From Coleofasciculus chthonoplastes F2-STO-03 (GTDB lineage: Bacteria > Cyanobacteriota > Cyanobacteriia > Cyanobacteriales > Coleofasciculaceae), in the NCBI GenBank assembly GCA_040222015.1, contig JAVJWO010000093.1, positions 1 to 35,832 on the forward strand: a stretch of DNA of 35,832 nt, given 5' to 3'. The notes under the pieces were generated by a model. It did no database searches. It saw only the letters and a list, made by a program, of their open reading frames with translations, and had not been told where the DNA came from. This document shows, in pieces, positions 1 to 9,940 of the stretch (position 1 is its first letter; each line of letters begins with the position of its first letter). Made by a program: the position numbers and the translations under genes.

Positions 1-87
1 GAAAAAATATTTGATCATCCCTATTATTGGGCTGCGTTTACGATTACAGGTTCCCTCTTTCTCCCCTCTCCTGTACAAGAAAAGTGA
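1..87 (+). CDS. 3' end of a CHAT (caspase-like peptidase) domain protein, truncated by the window edge
   Basis: Frame 1 reads EKIFDHPYYWAAFTITG...QEK*; HPYYWAAF is the typical C-terminal CHAT motif. Confidence 0.8.
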   Translation, partial: EKIFDHPYYWAAFTITGSLFLPSPVQEK

Positions 88-151
88 AACATCCTTTATC
101 CTCCCCCATGCAAAAAAAGCGAAGCATCCTTTGTCATCCCCCCTCTTGTAG

Positions 152-621
152 CAGGGGGTTTTCATTTTCAAAAAATATACCACAATAAAAGCAAAATCTT
201 TGCTGATCAAAACCGTTTTTTTAGCGACTTTCAATTCTCTCTATTCAAAAATATTTTTAAGCCCAACTCTTTGCTTACTTTATAGCTGCAAAAAAGCTGA
301 ATCTCTTGCCGATTCGTCATTTCCAGGTTTGGCTTGTCTTTTTTTGAGCTTTCTTTTTTATTAAAATTAGTGGCATTGAATCTATTAATCGTTAAATTAG
401 CAACATTTTTTGCCAATGGTTTCCTAACCACGCCTGTCCTTGACTAATTGATAAAAAACCCTTCGATAAAGATTCATAATTAAAGTTATCAATAAAGAAA
501 ATTTTTCGGCTACCGCACAATCTTTGATTCTTGAATTATCTTCTTGAAAAACTACATCTTTTACCCAATGTACTTGATTTTCAATTCCCCAATGTTGTTG
601 GATTTTTTCGGCGAATATTTG
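152..621 (-). mobile_element. ISAs1-family IS remnant (transposase C-terminus plus one terminal inverted repeat)
   Basis: Minus strand 621-392 reads QIFAEKIQQHWGIENQVHWVKDVVFQEDNSRIKD...IMNLYR, frameshifts near 460, then GFLSISQGQAWLGNHWQKMLLI*. HWxIENxxHWxxDVxFxED is the ISAs1 signature. CAGGGGGTTTTCATT at 152-166 resembles an ISAs1 end. Confidence 0.8.
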
Positions 622-628
622 AGTGGGG

Positions 629-692
629 AGGGCGGGTTTTGTTGTTCATTTATTGGTGATACCTTCAATTTAGTCCCTAAACCCGCCCCTAC
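629..692. repeat. REP-like dispersed repeat, family A (GTAGGGGCGGGTTT...AAACCCGCCC)
   Basis: Inverted arms GGCGGGTTT/AAACCCGCCCCTAC; its reverse complement matches the copy at 15609-15670, including part of the spacer. Confidence 0.8.
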
Positions 693-815
693 AAATAATT
701 GATGACGAATAAATTCATGTCAGCTTATGATAATTCCCTAGAATTACAAGGCTATAAAAATAAAGGTTTAAATCTTTTTATTAAGAATATTTTACCCGAA
801 ATCATATAACCCCCC

Positions 816-877
816 GTAGGGGCGACCCGCTGCATAAATCAACAACACCCGTCCTCTCAATTTTATCGGGTCGCCCT
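816..877. repeat. REP-like dispersed repeat, family B (GTAGGGGCGACCCG...CGGGTCGCCC)
   Basis: Inverted arms; sister copy at 7827-7888 and a half copy at about 5853-5866. Confidence 0.75.
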
Positions 878-963
878 GTGTTTAAACCCAAAACTGGTTA
901 ATGGAACAGGTACAAGATAGGAAAGAAACCTGTTTGTAGTCGTCGCTTTAGCGACGCACCCAT

Positions 964-3900
964 TTAATGATTTTGTGTAAACTGCTTTAACTTCTTCTGG
1001 GCGAACTCTCGCACCTTATCATCAGTATCATTTTCTGCCCTATCGCGCAATAATGTTAGCGTTTTGGGATGGTCAGGATACCGCTTGATGATTCTCTCAA
1101 GTGCAATTTGCCGAGGGTTTTCTTCCCAGTCTTCCTCATGTTGAAAAGGGTCATTAATAGCGCAATTATATAATAATTCAAATAGCCACGGCTCATCTTT
1201 CCATCCCATAGCTAATTCCTCTATCGCCGTATGTCGGACCAACTCATGATCATCAGATTGAATTCGTTGTTTGAGCAGGAGTAAAGTATCTGGGTCTTCT
1301 TTCCATCCTCTGGCTAATTCCTCTATCGCCGTATGTCGGACTAACCCATCATCATCAGATTGAATTCGTTGTTTGAGCAGGAGTAAAGTATCTGGGTCTT
1401 CTTTCCATCCTCTGGCTAATTCCTCTATCGCTGCACGTCTGACAAACCCATCATCAGCAGATTGAATCAGTTGTTTGAGCAGGGGTAAAGTATCCGGATC
1501 ATCCTTCCATTCTCTGACTAATTTCTGTACTGCTCCACCTCGGACATCCCCATTATCATCATTATCATCAGATTGAATCAGTTGTTTGAGCAGGGGTAAA
1601 GTATCCGGCTCATCTTTCCATCCTCTAGCTAATTCCTGCATCGCTGGAAATAGGACATACCCATCATCATCAGATTGAATTCGTTGTTTGAGCAGGGGTA
1701 AAGTATCCGGCTCATCCTTCCATTCTCTGGCTAATTCCAACACCGCCGCACGCCGAACCCAGCAATGATCATCAAATTGAATCAGTTGCTTGAGCAGGGG
1801 TAAAGTATCTGGGTCATCTTTCCATCCTCTGGCTAATTCCTGTACTGCTGCACCTCGGACATTCCCATCATCATCAGATTGAATCAGTTGTTTGAGCAGG
1901 GGTAAAGTATCCGGCTCATCTTTCCATCCTCTGGCTAATTCCTGTATCGCCGCACCTCGGACAAACTCATCATCCCCAGATTGAATCAGTTGTTTGAGCA
2001 GGGGTAAAGTATCTGGGTCTTCTTTCCATCCTTGAGCTAATTCCTGTATCGCCGCACCTCGGACATTCCCATTATCATCAGATTGAATCAGTTGTTTGAG
2101 CAAGGGTAAAGTATCCGGCTCATCTTTCCATCCTTGAGCTAATTCCTGTATCGCCGCACCTCGGACATCCCTATTATCATCAGATTGAATTCGTTGTTTG
2201 AGCAGGGGTAAAGTATCTGGGTCTTCTTTCCAAGTTGTGGCAATTGCAGTAATTGCTTGGGTACGAATTTCTTGAACTAGGTTGAAATACTCAACATCTC
2301 TAGTAGAGTAACACCGATTGACAATATAACCATACTCAGTCAATTCTTTCAACTGTTCAAGCAATTGCTTATCCACCGCTACTATCCCCTGTCGATTCTT
2401 CACCTCCTCCAAACACTGCGCCACCAGAAACACATTCATAAACTGCTCATCTTCCCCCTCCTGATTCATCAAATACTCAATAATCTCCCCCGCAAACCTT
2501 GACTCCTCAATCATCCCCACAATCAACCGCAATACCTCATGCCAAGATTCATCCCGCCAATGCTTGCCAAAAACCTCCGTTTTCAACTCCTCCAGTGATA
2601 ACCGCTGCGTCTCCTTAAACTGCCAAATAAACTCCCACGCACAGAAATATTCCAAAAACGTCCGATGCACAAACCCATAATAATCCGCCCCTAAATAACA
2701 GAGAATAAAATTACGTTCCCGTAATTGACGAATCAGTACCCGCGCCACTAACCGCGCCTGATTCACATCAATACTTCTCAAATACTCCGTTAAAATCCGT
2801 TCTAAATCCTCCGCCCGAATCAAATTCCCCGCCAATCCCTGATCCGTGGCTTGCATAAAATACGCCACCCGGCGCAACATCGCCTGTTTATCCTTATAAT
2901 CAATCGTCTTCGGATCAAGGCGAGAATCCTCAATTAACGCCCGTTCCACATCCCATTGATGCAGTAAAACTCGTGACGCTTGATGATACAATTCCGGTCT
3001 ATCTCTGGGTAACTCCTGATTCCGATTTAAAATTGCCATCATCGTCAGCAATAACGGATTTCCGGCTAATTCCCGAATCGCTTTTGACGTATCAATTGCC
3101 CGTTGTAATCGTTCCCGCTTCCACCCCTTATCCACCTCATCGGTAAAGGTTAATTCATGCCAACGATAGATAAAATCCTGAATCTGTTTCTCATCCAACT
3201 CTTGCAACAGGAAATGATCAAACTCCGCATCCCGTAATCGCTGCGGCTTATACCCAATCACGCGAGAGGTGACAATCACCTGCACATCTGGATACTCATT
3301 GGTGAAGCGATGAATATCGGTAATCACATCCTCCCGTTTCCCCGGATCAAATACCTCATCCAAGCCATCAAACAGCATCAACACGTTCCCCTCCTTTAAC
3401 TGTTCCTGGAGTTGATGTTGATTCAGATGACAAATCGCGCCACTACTTTGATGCAAAAACTCTAAGAAATTCTGGCATTGTCCTAAATCTCGATTCCGCA
3501 TATAAGTGCGTAACTCAATTAATACCGGAATCGCTAGGGAAATGGCATTCTGTAGCGGCGACTGGGCATACATTAATGCCAGATACTGTAATAACGTAGA
3601 CTTCCCCGAACCCGGATCACCTAAAATAACCAAATAGGGATAATTTCGTTTATCATTAATAACATCCAAAACCGACTGTATCGGCGCGTCTGAGTACACC
3701 CGTTGATAGCGGTCTAATTCCCCGAACTGAAACTCTGAATCTAATTGATCCGTTTCCCGCAATCGCTGCTGATATTCCTTGGGCAATTCATAAATTTGCG
3801 GCAGAACTTCATGGACTTTTCGCACGTTTTGTGCTATAAATATTCGCCATAACTTCAGGGCATTATAGGCACAACCTGTGGTATCCAAACTATCTAATCG

Positions 3901-4500
3901 GAGATTGCCATACGCTTCCCGTAACCCCTCCTGATAGCGGCGCAAATCGAACTCTGGTATAATTCCCGCAGACTCCTGAGTATAGCGTGCGATCGCGTCC
4001 AACTTCTGGGAATCCAAAATCTCCCGCAATTCAGGCGATTCCCGGATTAACGCCTTGACTTTTCTGAGATAGCGCTTCCCCACCTGTTCCCAATCAAAAT
4101 TTTCAGGGAGCGATCGCAAGTTAAGCTGATACCATAGATTCCCTAATCCCTGGGTATCCAGACTCGAACATTCCTCCTGAAACCCACTCCCCAGAATCCC
4201 TTTCACCAAGGAATTGTGGATAAACTTGGTTAACCCTGGAGAATACTCTTCCACCTCCACCTGTGACACCTCAGCATCTTCCAATTCCTGCTGAACCAAT
4301 ACCAGAAATTCTTTCAACGCTTTCCCGACAACGGTATGCAGCGTATCGTTCTCAAACAGCCCCGCAAAATCCCGAATACAATCCTTAAGAAAATCTTTCG
4401 TGTAATCTTCCAGCGCTCCCTTCGCCAGAGGCGCTAACACATCCCGAAACACAAAGCCAGTCAGGGAAGAGACACCCCAAGCCACAAACCAATCCACCAT
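964..4500 (-). CDS. NACHT NTPase with an N-terminal helical domain and C-terminal HEAT-like tandem repeats (bacterial NLR-like STAND protein)
   Basis: Walker A GDPGSGKS, Walker B LMLFDGLDEV, GNPLLL, FVHRTFLEYF; ten 34-aa repeats VRxxAxxELAxGWKxxPDTLPLLKQxIQS. Confidence 0.92.
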   Translation of the reverse strand: MVDWFVAWGVSSLTGFVFRDVLAPLAKGALEDYTKDFLKDCIRDFAGLFENDTLHTVVGKALKEFLVLVQQELEDAEVSQVEVEEYSPGLTKFIHNSLVKGILGSGFQEECSSLDTQGLGNLWYQLNLRSLPENFDWEQVGKRYLRKVKALIRESPELREILDSQKLDAIARYTQESAGIIPEFDLRRYQEGLREAYGNLRLDSLDTTGCAYNALKLWRIFIAQNVRKVHEVLPQIYELPKEYQQRLRETDQLDSEFQFGELDRYQRVYSDAPIQSVLDVINDKRNYPYLVILGDPGSGKSTLLQYLALMYAQSPLQNAISLAIPVLIELRTYMRNRDLGQCQNFLEFLHQSSGAICHLNQHQLQEQLKEGNVLMLFDGLDEVFDPGKREDVITDIHRFTNEYPDVQVIVTSRVIGYKPQRLRDAEFDHFLLQELDEKQIQDFIYRWHELTFTDEVDKGWKRERLQRAIDTSKAIRELAGNPLLLTMMAILNRNQELPRDRPELYHQASRVLLHQWDVERALIEDSRLDPKTIDYKDKQAMLRRVAYFMQATDQGLAGNLIRAEDLERILTEYLRSIDVNQARLVARVLIRQLRERNFILCYLGADYYGFVHRTFLEYFCAWEFIWQFKETQRLSLEELKTEVFGKHWRDESWHEVLRLIVGMIEESRFAGEIIEYLMNQEGEDEQFMNVFLVAQCLEEVKNRQGIVAVDKQLLEQLKELTEYGYIVNRCYSTRDVEYFNLVQEIRTQAITAIATTWKEDPDTLPLLKQRIQSDDNRDVRGAAIQELAQGWKDEPDTLPLLKQLIQSDDNGNVRGAAIQELAQGWKEDPDTLPLLKQLIQSGDDEFVRGAAIQELARGWKDEPDTLPLLKQLIQSDDDGNVRGAAVQELARGWKDDPDTLPLLKQLIQFDDHCWVRRAAVLELAREWKDEPDTLPLLKQRIQSDDDGYVLFPAMQELARGWKDEPDTLPLLKQLIQSDDNDDNGDVRGGAVQKLVREWKDDPDTLPLLKQLIQSADDGFVRRAAIEELARGWKEDPDTLLLLKQRIQSDDDGLVRHTAIEELARGWKEDPDTLLLLKQRIQSDDHELVRHTAIEELAMGWKDEPWLFELLYNCAINDPFQHEEDWEENPRQIALERIIKRYPDHPKTLTLLRDRAENDTDDKVREFAQKKLKQFTQNH
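1190..2235 (-). repeat. Intragenic array of about ten 102-bp repeats encoding the HEAT-like units
   Basis: Near-identical DNA units (e.g. gttgtttgagcaggggtaaagtatc) recur every 102 bp; one unit is 9 bp longer (DDNDDN). Confidence 0.92.
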
Positions 4501-4552
4501 GACGTTCGTATTCGTCTCTAGTTTGTATCGAGTATAACTTGAGAATGAGTTC

Positions 4553-4694
4553 CCCTTCTCCCTTGATGGATACTGCTGATCATTAACTGAGGGGTCTGAC
4601 CCCTCCCCTTTCCCCCTCCCAGAACCTCTCCCTAGCCCTCTCCTACAAGCAGGAGGGAACGAGGGGGGTGGGAGAAGGAGTTAGGGGATGAGGG
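4553..4694. repeat. Purine/pyrimidine-biased palindromic dispersed repeat cluster
   Basis: acctctccctagccctctcct...ggagggaac (about 4624-4660) is the reverse complement of a similar element at 23391-23428; flanked by ccccttctccc/gggagaagg arms. Confidence 0.6.
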
Positions 4695-4746
4695 TGAAAC
4701 GGTTAAGAGAACAGCCTCCATTATAAAAAATGCAATATGGATAACT

Positions 4747-4884
4747 TTTTATTTAGAACCTGCTTTAATTGACCAACTGGTGAAGGATTTGGCGGGTACA
4801 ACCGGGGAAATATTACCGATTGAATTGCAAGTCGTGGGAGCGCAGTTACAGGCGGATAATATCAAAACGTCGCCTCCTCTGTGA
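4747..4884 (+). pseudogene. Orphan internal fragment of a STAND (nSTAND1-like) NTPase gene
   Basis: Reads FYLEPALIDQLVKDLAGTTGEILPIELQVVGAQLQADNIKT*, resembling the 'PIELQVVGAQLQ' segment of cyanobacterial NTPase-WD40/TPR proteins; no proper start codon. Confidence 0.65.
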
Positions 4885-4941
4885 AGATATTGGTAATAAT
4901 AGATAAAGATTGTTTTCAAGACAAGATGGTTAGTGATATTT

Positions 4942-5565
4942 TCACGATAAAAGTGTTACCCACCGCTTCAATACAGCCAAGACTTCATACAATTCATTCC
5001 CTCGCCGTCTCAGCGTAAACTCATCCGACAAACCATATTGAGGTGTATCTTGCCGAATCAGCTTAATAAACATAAAATGACTCCCATTTGTCACCAATCC
5101 AAACGTGGGCTGTAAAGTATTCGGACTATTGAGCATATAAAACAACGCTTGCGGTAACGCTTCACTCAAACTAAACCGCTTACTTTTTGACTCAATCACT
5201 GTCACCCACAATTGCTGATGTAACACCAAAACATCAATCCGTCCCCGCACCACTTCATCCTTCTCCTCAACTACAATTTCCACTTGTTTCTCAGCCACCG
5301 GACGAAAGGGATAGCGAAATAAGCCAGCCAGGGACAATAACGGCGACAATACGACCATTTTTACAATTTCTTCATGGACTGGATATTTTTCCAATGCCAA
5401 AAAATCCGCCTTAACTTGGTCTAGCCATTCCTTTTGATCGGTTGTAAGTTCGGGTAATTTCCCCTGCCATTCCCCAAAAAACTGCTCATCCTCAACCTGT
5501 TGCAGGTTAAATTTATTTTCTACATCATGCAGGGTTAATTCACTCGCTTGAATCACTTGTGCCAT
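4942..5565 (-). CDS. Stand-alone HsdR-N-like / PD-(D/E)xK restriction-endonuclease-fold protein
   Basis: GRIDVLV...VIESK nuclease motif, ALPQALFYM, FGLVTNGSHFMFIKL; start moved to MAQVIQA (ORF track start 5646). Confidence 0.75.
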   Translation of the reverse strand: MAQVIQASELTLHDVENKFNLQQVEDEQFFGEWQGKLPELTTDQKEWLDQVKADFLALEKYPVHEEIVKMVVLSPLLSLAGLFRYPFRPVAEKQVEIVVEEKDEVVRGRIDVLVLHQQLWVTVIESKSKRFSLSEALPQALFYMLNSPNTLQPTFGLVTNGSHFMFIKLIRQDTPQYGLSDEFTLRRRGNELYEVLAVLKRWVTLLS

Positions 5566-5664
5566 AATCTTTGAGTCCTTTGAATAGTATCCTTTCAGTA
5601 TAAGGATAAGGGTTTGAGCCGCTGATGGGACGGGACGCGATCGCATATCTGAAAAGTTATCATA

Positions 5665-5740
5665 TAAGCACTTCAGAATTTAAACCTTAATGTCAATAAT
5701 AGCGAAATTTTTGTAGTGCGAGCATCTTGCTCGCTACTCA
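5665..5740 (-). repeat. Single-copy version of the repeat that is amplified at 18998-19340
   Basis: Reverse complement tgagtagcgagcaagatgctcgcactacaaaaatttcgctattattgacattaaggtttaaa matches 19262-19326. Confidence 0.85.
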
Positions 5741-5765
5741 TGAGAAAAGGGCGATTCGATCCTCT

Positions 5766-5866
5766 GTAGGGGCGGGTTTTACTACTATCTTTTCGGTTGC
5801 ACCTCAATGTAACTAAACCCGCCCTGTTTATAGAGTTTTTTATTCGTGCCAGCGGGTCGCCCCTAC
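5766..5866. repeat. REP-like family A copy followed by a family B half copy
   Basis: gtaggggcgggttttactactatc...actaaacccgccc and cgggtcgcccctac. Confidence 0.8.
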
Positions 5867-5873
5867 AAGAAAT

Positions 5874-6620
5874 TTAACGATAGATTGCCTGATCAATAGT
5901 CACTCGAAAAAATGCCCCTTCCGACTCAAAAGCTTCGCTACCAAAGTGCCATCCAACCAACAAGCGAGTGGGGATAGTGTAGCCGCCAAACGTCCCTTCT
6001 GCTTCCACAAAGCCGCCAAAATCTACATAATGAAACTCAGCACCTTCAGGATTGTTCCAGCGCCTCAGCTTGACACTCTCCAACCGTCCCTGATGATCAA
6101 CCGTGAGGATAAGTTCTGTACTCTCGCCAAATAGGGTTAAACTAGCATGGGCATGAACTGCATCTGATGCCGTCCACGATACATCACGTTGGCACAGAAC
6201 AGAGGGGAACCAGACAAGTTCTGCCAACATTCGACCCACAGTTGATCGCGTAATATCTGCACCTGAAGCCGTCATCACCGGAAACAGCCCTAACAGCTTC
6301 CACCGCATCCCGCCAACGCCATCCACCAGCCGATCAGAACCCCATATCGGTAAGCCATTCATCCGTACCGCCGCCCGCCAGATAAAACCTCGACGCCAAC
6401 AGATGACTTGTTCTGCGGTGAAGGGAAGCCAACCCCGCAATTTAATTTCACCATGCATCCGCAGTCGCACCGCAGAGGCTAATCGTGTTCCTGGCGCGAT
6501 CGCATGGTTCAGATAGCGTTGTACCGTATCAGGACACCCTACCAACTGATCCGGTTGAAAAACCTGTTCGCTGGGTGGTGTTGACTCCCACAACTCCTCC
6601 AGGGAAACCCTTTGACTCAT
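5874..6620 (-). CDS. Conserved hypothetical protein (DUF6544/DUF6920-like)
   Basis: Pattern PDTVQRYL...VRLRMHGEIKL...WLPFTAEQ...GFIWRA...ELVWFPS...FGGYTIPT. Confidence 0.7.
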   Translation of the reverse strand: MSQRVSLEELWESTPPSEQVFQPDQLVGCPDTVQRYLNHAIAPGTRLASAVRLRMHGEIKLRGWLPFTAEQVICWRRGFIWRAAVRMNGLPIWGSDRLVDGVGGMRWKLLGLFPVMTASGADITRSTVGRMLAELVWFPSVLCQRDVSWTASDAVHAHASLTLFGESTELILTVDHQGRLESVKLRRWNNPEGAEFHYVDFGGFVEAEGTFGGYTIPTRLLVGWHFGSEAFESEGAFFRVTIDQAIYR

Positions 6621-6876
6621 CGTTACCTCCAACGCCGATTCTTAAAAACAATTGTCCGGATTAAATCGTTATAATCCAGTATTTATTATTAGTGAAGCTA
6701 ACCGATTCATCAGGTTGCTGAAGCAACGGGAAGCCCTAATCTTATACGACACAAATCGTCCCGCTTCCCCAATCACTATTCCCCCATCACGAATCACCAG
6801 GTTGCAATCCACCGAGTCATAAACCCAGCTAATCAGGTTGGCGTTTATAACGGCTAGTCCTATTGAGATTGTACCG

Positions 6877-7776
6877 ATGTCACGTCAAAATTTATCCAAG
6901 CATCAGCGAAAATTCACTCGACGTTCATTTCTAGTCCTAGGTGGTGCGGCTTTAGCCCAAGGATTGGGACTTGTTTCCCCAGTCGCCGCCGAGTCTGTCA
7001 GTCTTCGCCGCAGTACGATTCTGGGAGTTCCCCTGTATCAAACCCATATTGATTTGACGAACCCCGATACGTTTATCGCCATTGGTTTAGCCAATAATTC
7101 CACGTTGGGAAATCATCAAGGGGCGATTGGTGAGGAATCGTTTGGTAATATGGTGCGCCGCTATCACGCGGCTGTCGTGGCTAGTGGCACATTTTTTAGT
7201 AACAAAGATCCCAAACGGCTGATGGGAAATATAGTATCCGCAGGGACATTTCTTAAATACAGCCCCTGGGAAAATTATGGTACAACGCTGGGATTGCGGG
7301 TAGGAAATCAGCCGGAGTTAGTGACAGCGCGAGTGGATGGAAAGCCAGACTGGAGTCAACATTGGTTCTCGCTGACAGGGGGACCAAGACTGCTGAGAAA
7401 GGGAAAAGTCTGGTTAGCGCCGCGTAGTGAAGGATTTACTGATCCGCGTGTTATGGGTGTGGCACATCGCTGTGCGATCGGGTTTCCAGCCAGTGGCAAA
7501 AAATTAGTCTTAGTCACGTTTCTAGCACCGTTACCTCTATGGCGAGAAGCGAAGGTAATGCGGGCAATTGGTTGTAGTGAGGCGATGAATCTAGATGGCG
7601 GATCATCTAGCGCATTATACAACAGGGGGCGGATTTTGGTGAATCCCAAACGGACGCTCACGAACGCAATTGTTGTGTATGATTCCCATCATCGAGCCCC
7701 CACATTCTTACGAGAGACTTGGCAGAAGTTTCAACGGGGAGAACGACCTGTTGTGCCTCAGTTATTCAGGGTTTGA
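6877..7776 (+). CDS. Phosphodiester glycosidase (NAGPA/DUF2233) family protein with a probable Tat signal
   Basis: TRRSFL twin-arginine motif, GGPRLL, HRCAIG, AMNLDGGSSS; ATG at 6877 preferred over TTG at 6838. Confidence 0.85.
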   Translation: MSRQNLSKHQRKFTRRSFLVLGGAALAQGLGLVSPVAAESVSLRRSTILGVPLYQTHIDLTNPDTFIAIGLANNSTLGNHQGAIGEESFGNMVRRYHAAVVASGTFFSNKDPKRLMGNIVSAGTFLKYSPWENYGTTLGLRVGNQPELVTARVDGKPDWSQHWFSLTGGPRLLRKGKVWLAPRSEGFTDPRVMGVAHRCAIGFPASGKKLVLVTFLAPLPLWREAKVMRAIGCSEAMNLDGGSSSALYNRGRILVNPKRTLTNAIVVYDSHHRAPTFLRETWQKFQRGERPVVPQLFRV

Positions 7777-7826
7777 AGGATTAAAAATATATCGTTTTAA
7801 AAAGAACGATCGCCTGTCAGATCCCT

Positions 7827-7888
7827 GTAGGGGCGACCCGCTTAGCCTAATTAACACCACCAGTCCACTTAATTTGATCGGGTCGCCC
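7827..7888. repeat. REP-like family B copy
   Basis: gtaggggcgacccgc...atcgggtcgccc. Confidence 0.75.
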
Positions 7889-8247
7889 TCTCCTCAAACC
7901 TTTGGGTTAAAACGTGTTTATGTGAGAATGTTTGCCAAGGACTATTTTAAATACCAGGTAATTGTACTTATGTCAATGCTATTTGGTTCTGAGTTCTCAA
8001 AACTAAATGGCATCTATAAAATTAATTTAGATTAGATAGGATAATGGTAACTTTTAATGGCAGAGAATTAATATGAAACGAATCCTAGTAATAGTTATTT
8101 TGAGTGCAGCCGTTGTTAGCGTTAATGACCAACCGATTTTCCCAAGGTAATATACTCCTGTTTTTGATGGAATTGACAAGACTGGAAAAATGTTAATTCG
8201 TGACCCTTAGCTGATGATGGTAAAATCCGCTTCTGTTAATTTGAATC

Positions 8248-8308
8248 AGGGCGGGTTTAGTCAAGTTATCCGTTTTTGCCAAATGTTATCAGTAAAACCC
8301 GCCCCTAC
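8248..8308. repeat. REP-like family A copy
   Basis: agggcgggtttagt...agtaaaacccgcccctac. Confidence 0.8.
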
Positions 8309-8359
8309 ACGATAACGTTTGACAGATGCGCCATTTTAGTATCTATATACCGTTTAACT

Positions 8360-9940
8360 TCAAAATCGTTCCCCTACGCCCAAATGCACCTGAGAATCCC
8401 CCTGATCATTTAAGCCAAAATCAACCTGTACTGGACCAAAGGGCGATCGCACTCTCACCCCAACCCCATAACCAAATCCACTCCCCGGCTTATCCCGCAC
8501 CTCTCCCGGTTCCCCCGTTACCGTATCCCCGGAGCCTAAATCTGTGGCATAATCCGCAAATATCCGACCCCCCAACCAAGTAAACAGCGGAAACCGATAC
8601 TCAGCCGTGGCTTGGAGGTAAGACCGACCTGCACCCACTTCCCCACTCTGATAGCCGCGTAACGAACTCCCTCCGCCGAGGCTAAAGGCTTCATAAGCAG
8701 GTAAATCGCCAATCACGGTTCCTCCCTGAAGATTAAACACCAAGGTTTGATCGCCAGAGGTGAACCCAAACAACTCCACCGGAACATACTGGGTATAACT
8801 TCCACTGAGACGGTTTAAAAAAATATCAGCTTCACCCACAGGAACCGACTGATCCATCCCTACCCTGACATTAGTTCCTTGAGTGGGATAATCGGTATCA
8901 TCGCGATTATCTTGCACCGCTGATAGATTCACCGTCAATAAATCATCTTGACCGCGATCGCTTAAACTTAAGGGATTGCCAAACTCATCCACCGGTTGCA
9001 CCTGATCGGTAAACACCTGATCCCGAATCGACACCCGCTGATAGGATACTCCTACCCCAGCTTGCCAATTCCCTCCCAGAGGGCGAAACACTTCCCCACT
9101 TCCTCCCAAACGATGCACCCACGGCGTTTCCCCATTCGGCAAATCTACCTCGCGATCGCCGCCAATAAACACCTCCGAGGGAGAACGCTGATTAAACACT
9201 GCCAAACTGTAACCCGTCCGCAACGGATCACCCGCAATCCACGGATCAGTAAAGCTAACCTCAAATCCTAGGGTATCTTCGCCTGCTTCCAGTTCTAACG
9301 CCAAGTTCTGATTATTCCCGCCCAGATTTTCCTCCTCTAACCGCAACACCCCATAAATCCCTTTTGCCCGACTTGCACTGGGAAAAGCCGTGACATTAAA
9401 CGATGAATCCTCAACCACATTCACAATCATGATAATTTGATTGGGTTGATTGGTCGGTTGGAGACTAAGGGTAGCATCCTCGACACTATCTAACTCCGTT
9501 ACTCGCTCTAACCCTTGCTGGGCGACGTCCGGGCGATACACGTCTCCGGGTTGCAGGTCAAATTCTCGCGTAATGATATAAGGACGAGTGTTTCCGGGAA
9601 TGGGTTGACCGTCTTGATCAACAAAGCGAACTTGAATATCCGCGATCGCAATAGATCTCCTGGAAGGAATAGGATTACGGTTTGGTGATTGAGGAAGTTG
9701 AGGCACATCGGGGAGATCATTCTGCTTCTGGAAGGGTTGCGATCGCCTCTGGCGGTACGTGGGGTTTAATCGCGCTTCGATTGGCATCCCCTGATTATCC
9801 ACAAATGAACCATACTCAACTGGCGAAACTGCGTCTATTTCCTGTGCCCGACTCGATGCAGCCGCCAATAATTCTGCACCTACCCCAGCCAATACTAGGG
9901 GAAGAATAAACCACTTGCGCCACCGTCGGTAGAACCCCAT
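8360..9940 (-). CDS. Omp85/BamA-TamA family outer-membrane protein
   Basis: Signal peptide, POTRA-like TRPYIITREF, ENLGGNNQ, FSLGGGSSLRGY, C-terminal GERF. Confidence 0.9.
   Translation of the reverse strand: MGFYRRWRKWFILPLVLAGVGAELLAAASSRAQEIDAVSPVEYGSFVDNQGMPIEARLNPTYRQRRSQPFQKQNDLPDVPQLPQSPNRNPIPSRRSIAIADIQVRFVDQDGQPIPGNTRPYIITREFDLQPGDVYRPDVAQQGLERVTELDSVEDATLSLQPTNQPNQIIMIVNVVEDSSFNVTAFPSASRAKGIYGVLRLEEENLGGNNQNLALELEAGEDTLGFEVSFTDPWIAGDPLRTGYSLAVFNQRSPSEVFIGGDREVDLPNGETPWVHRLGGSGEVFRPLGGNWQAGVGVSYQRVSIRDQVFTDQVQPVDEFGNPLSLSDRGQDDLLTVNLSAVQDNRDDTDYPTQGTNVRVGMDQSVPVGEADIFLNRLSGSYTQYVPVELFGFTSGDQTLVFNLQGGTVIGDLPAYEAFSLGGGSSLRGYQSGEVGAGRSYLQATAEYRFPLFTWLGGRIFADYATDLGSGDTVTGEPGEVRDKPGSGFGYGVGVRVRSPFGPVQVDFGLNDQGDSQVHLGVGERF

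Noticed and set aside
231..431. 66-aa ORF
   Set aside because: Lies within the ISAs1 remnant, overlapping the transposase tail in another frame; no recognisable motifs.
1190..2235. Diversity-generating retroelement target
   Set aside because: No reverse transcriptase or separate template repeat in the window, and the variation is not restricted to adenine positions.
8073..8220. Small exported-protein gene (MKRILVIVILSAAVVSV...)
   Set aside because: Stops after 25 codons with no recognisable continuation; possibly a relic but unsupported.
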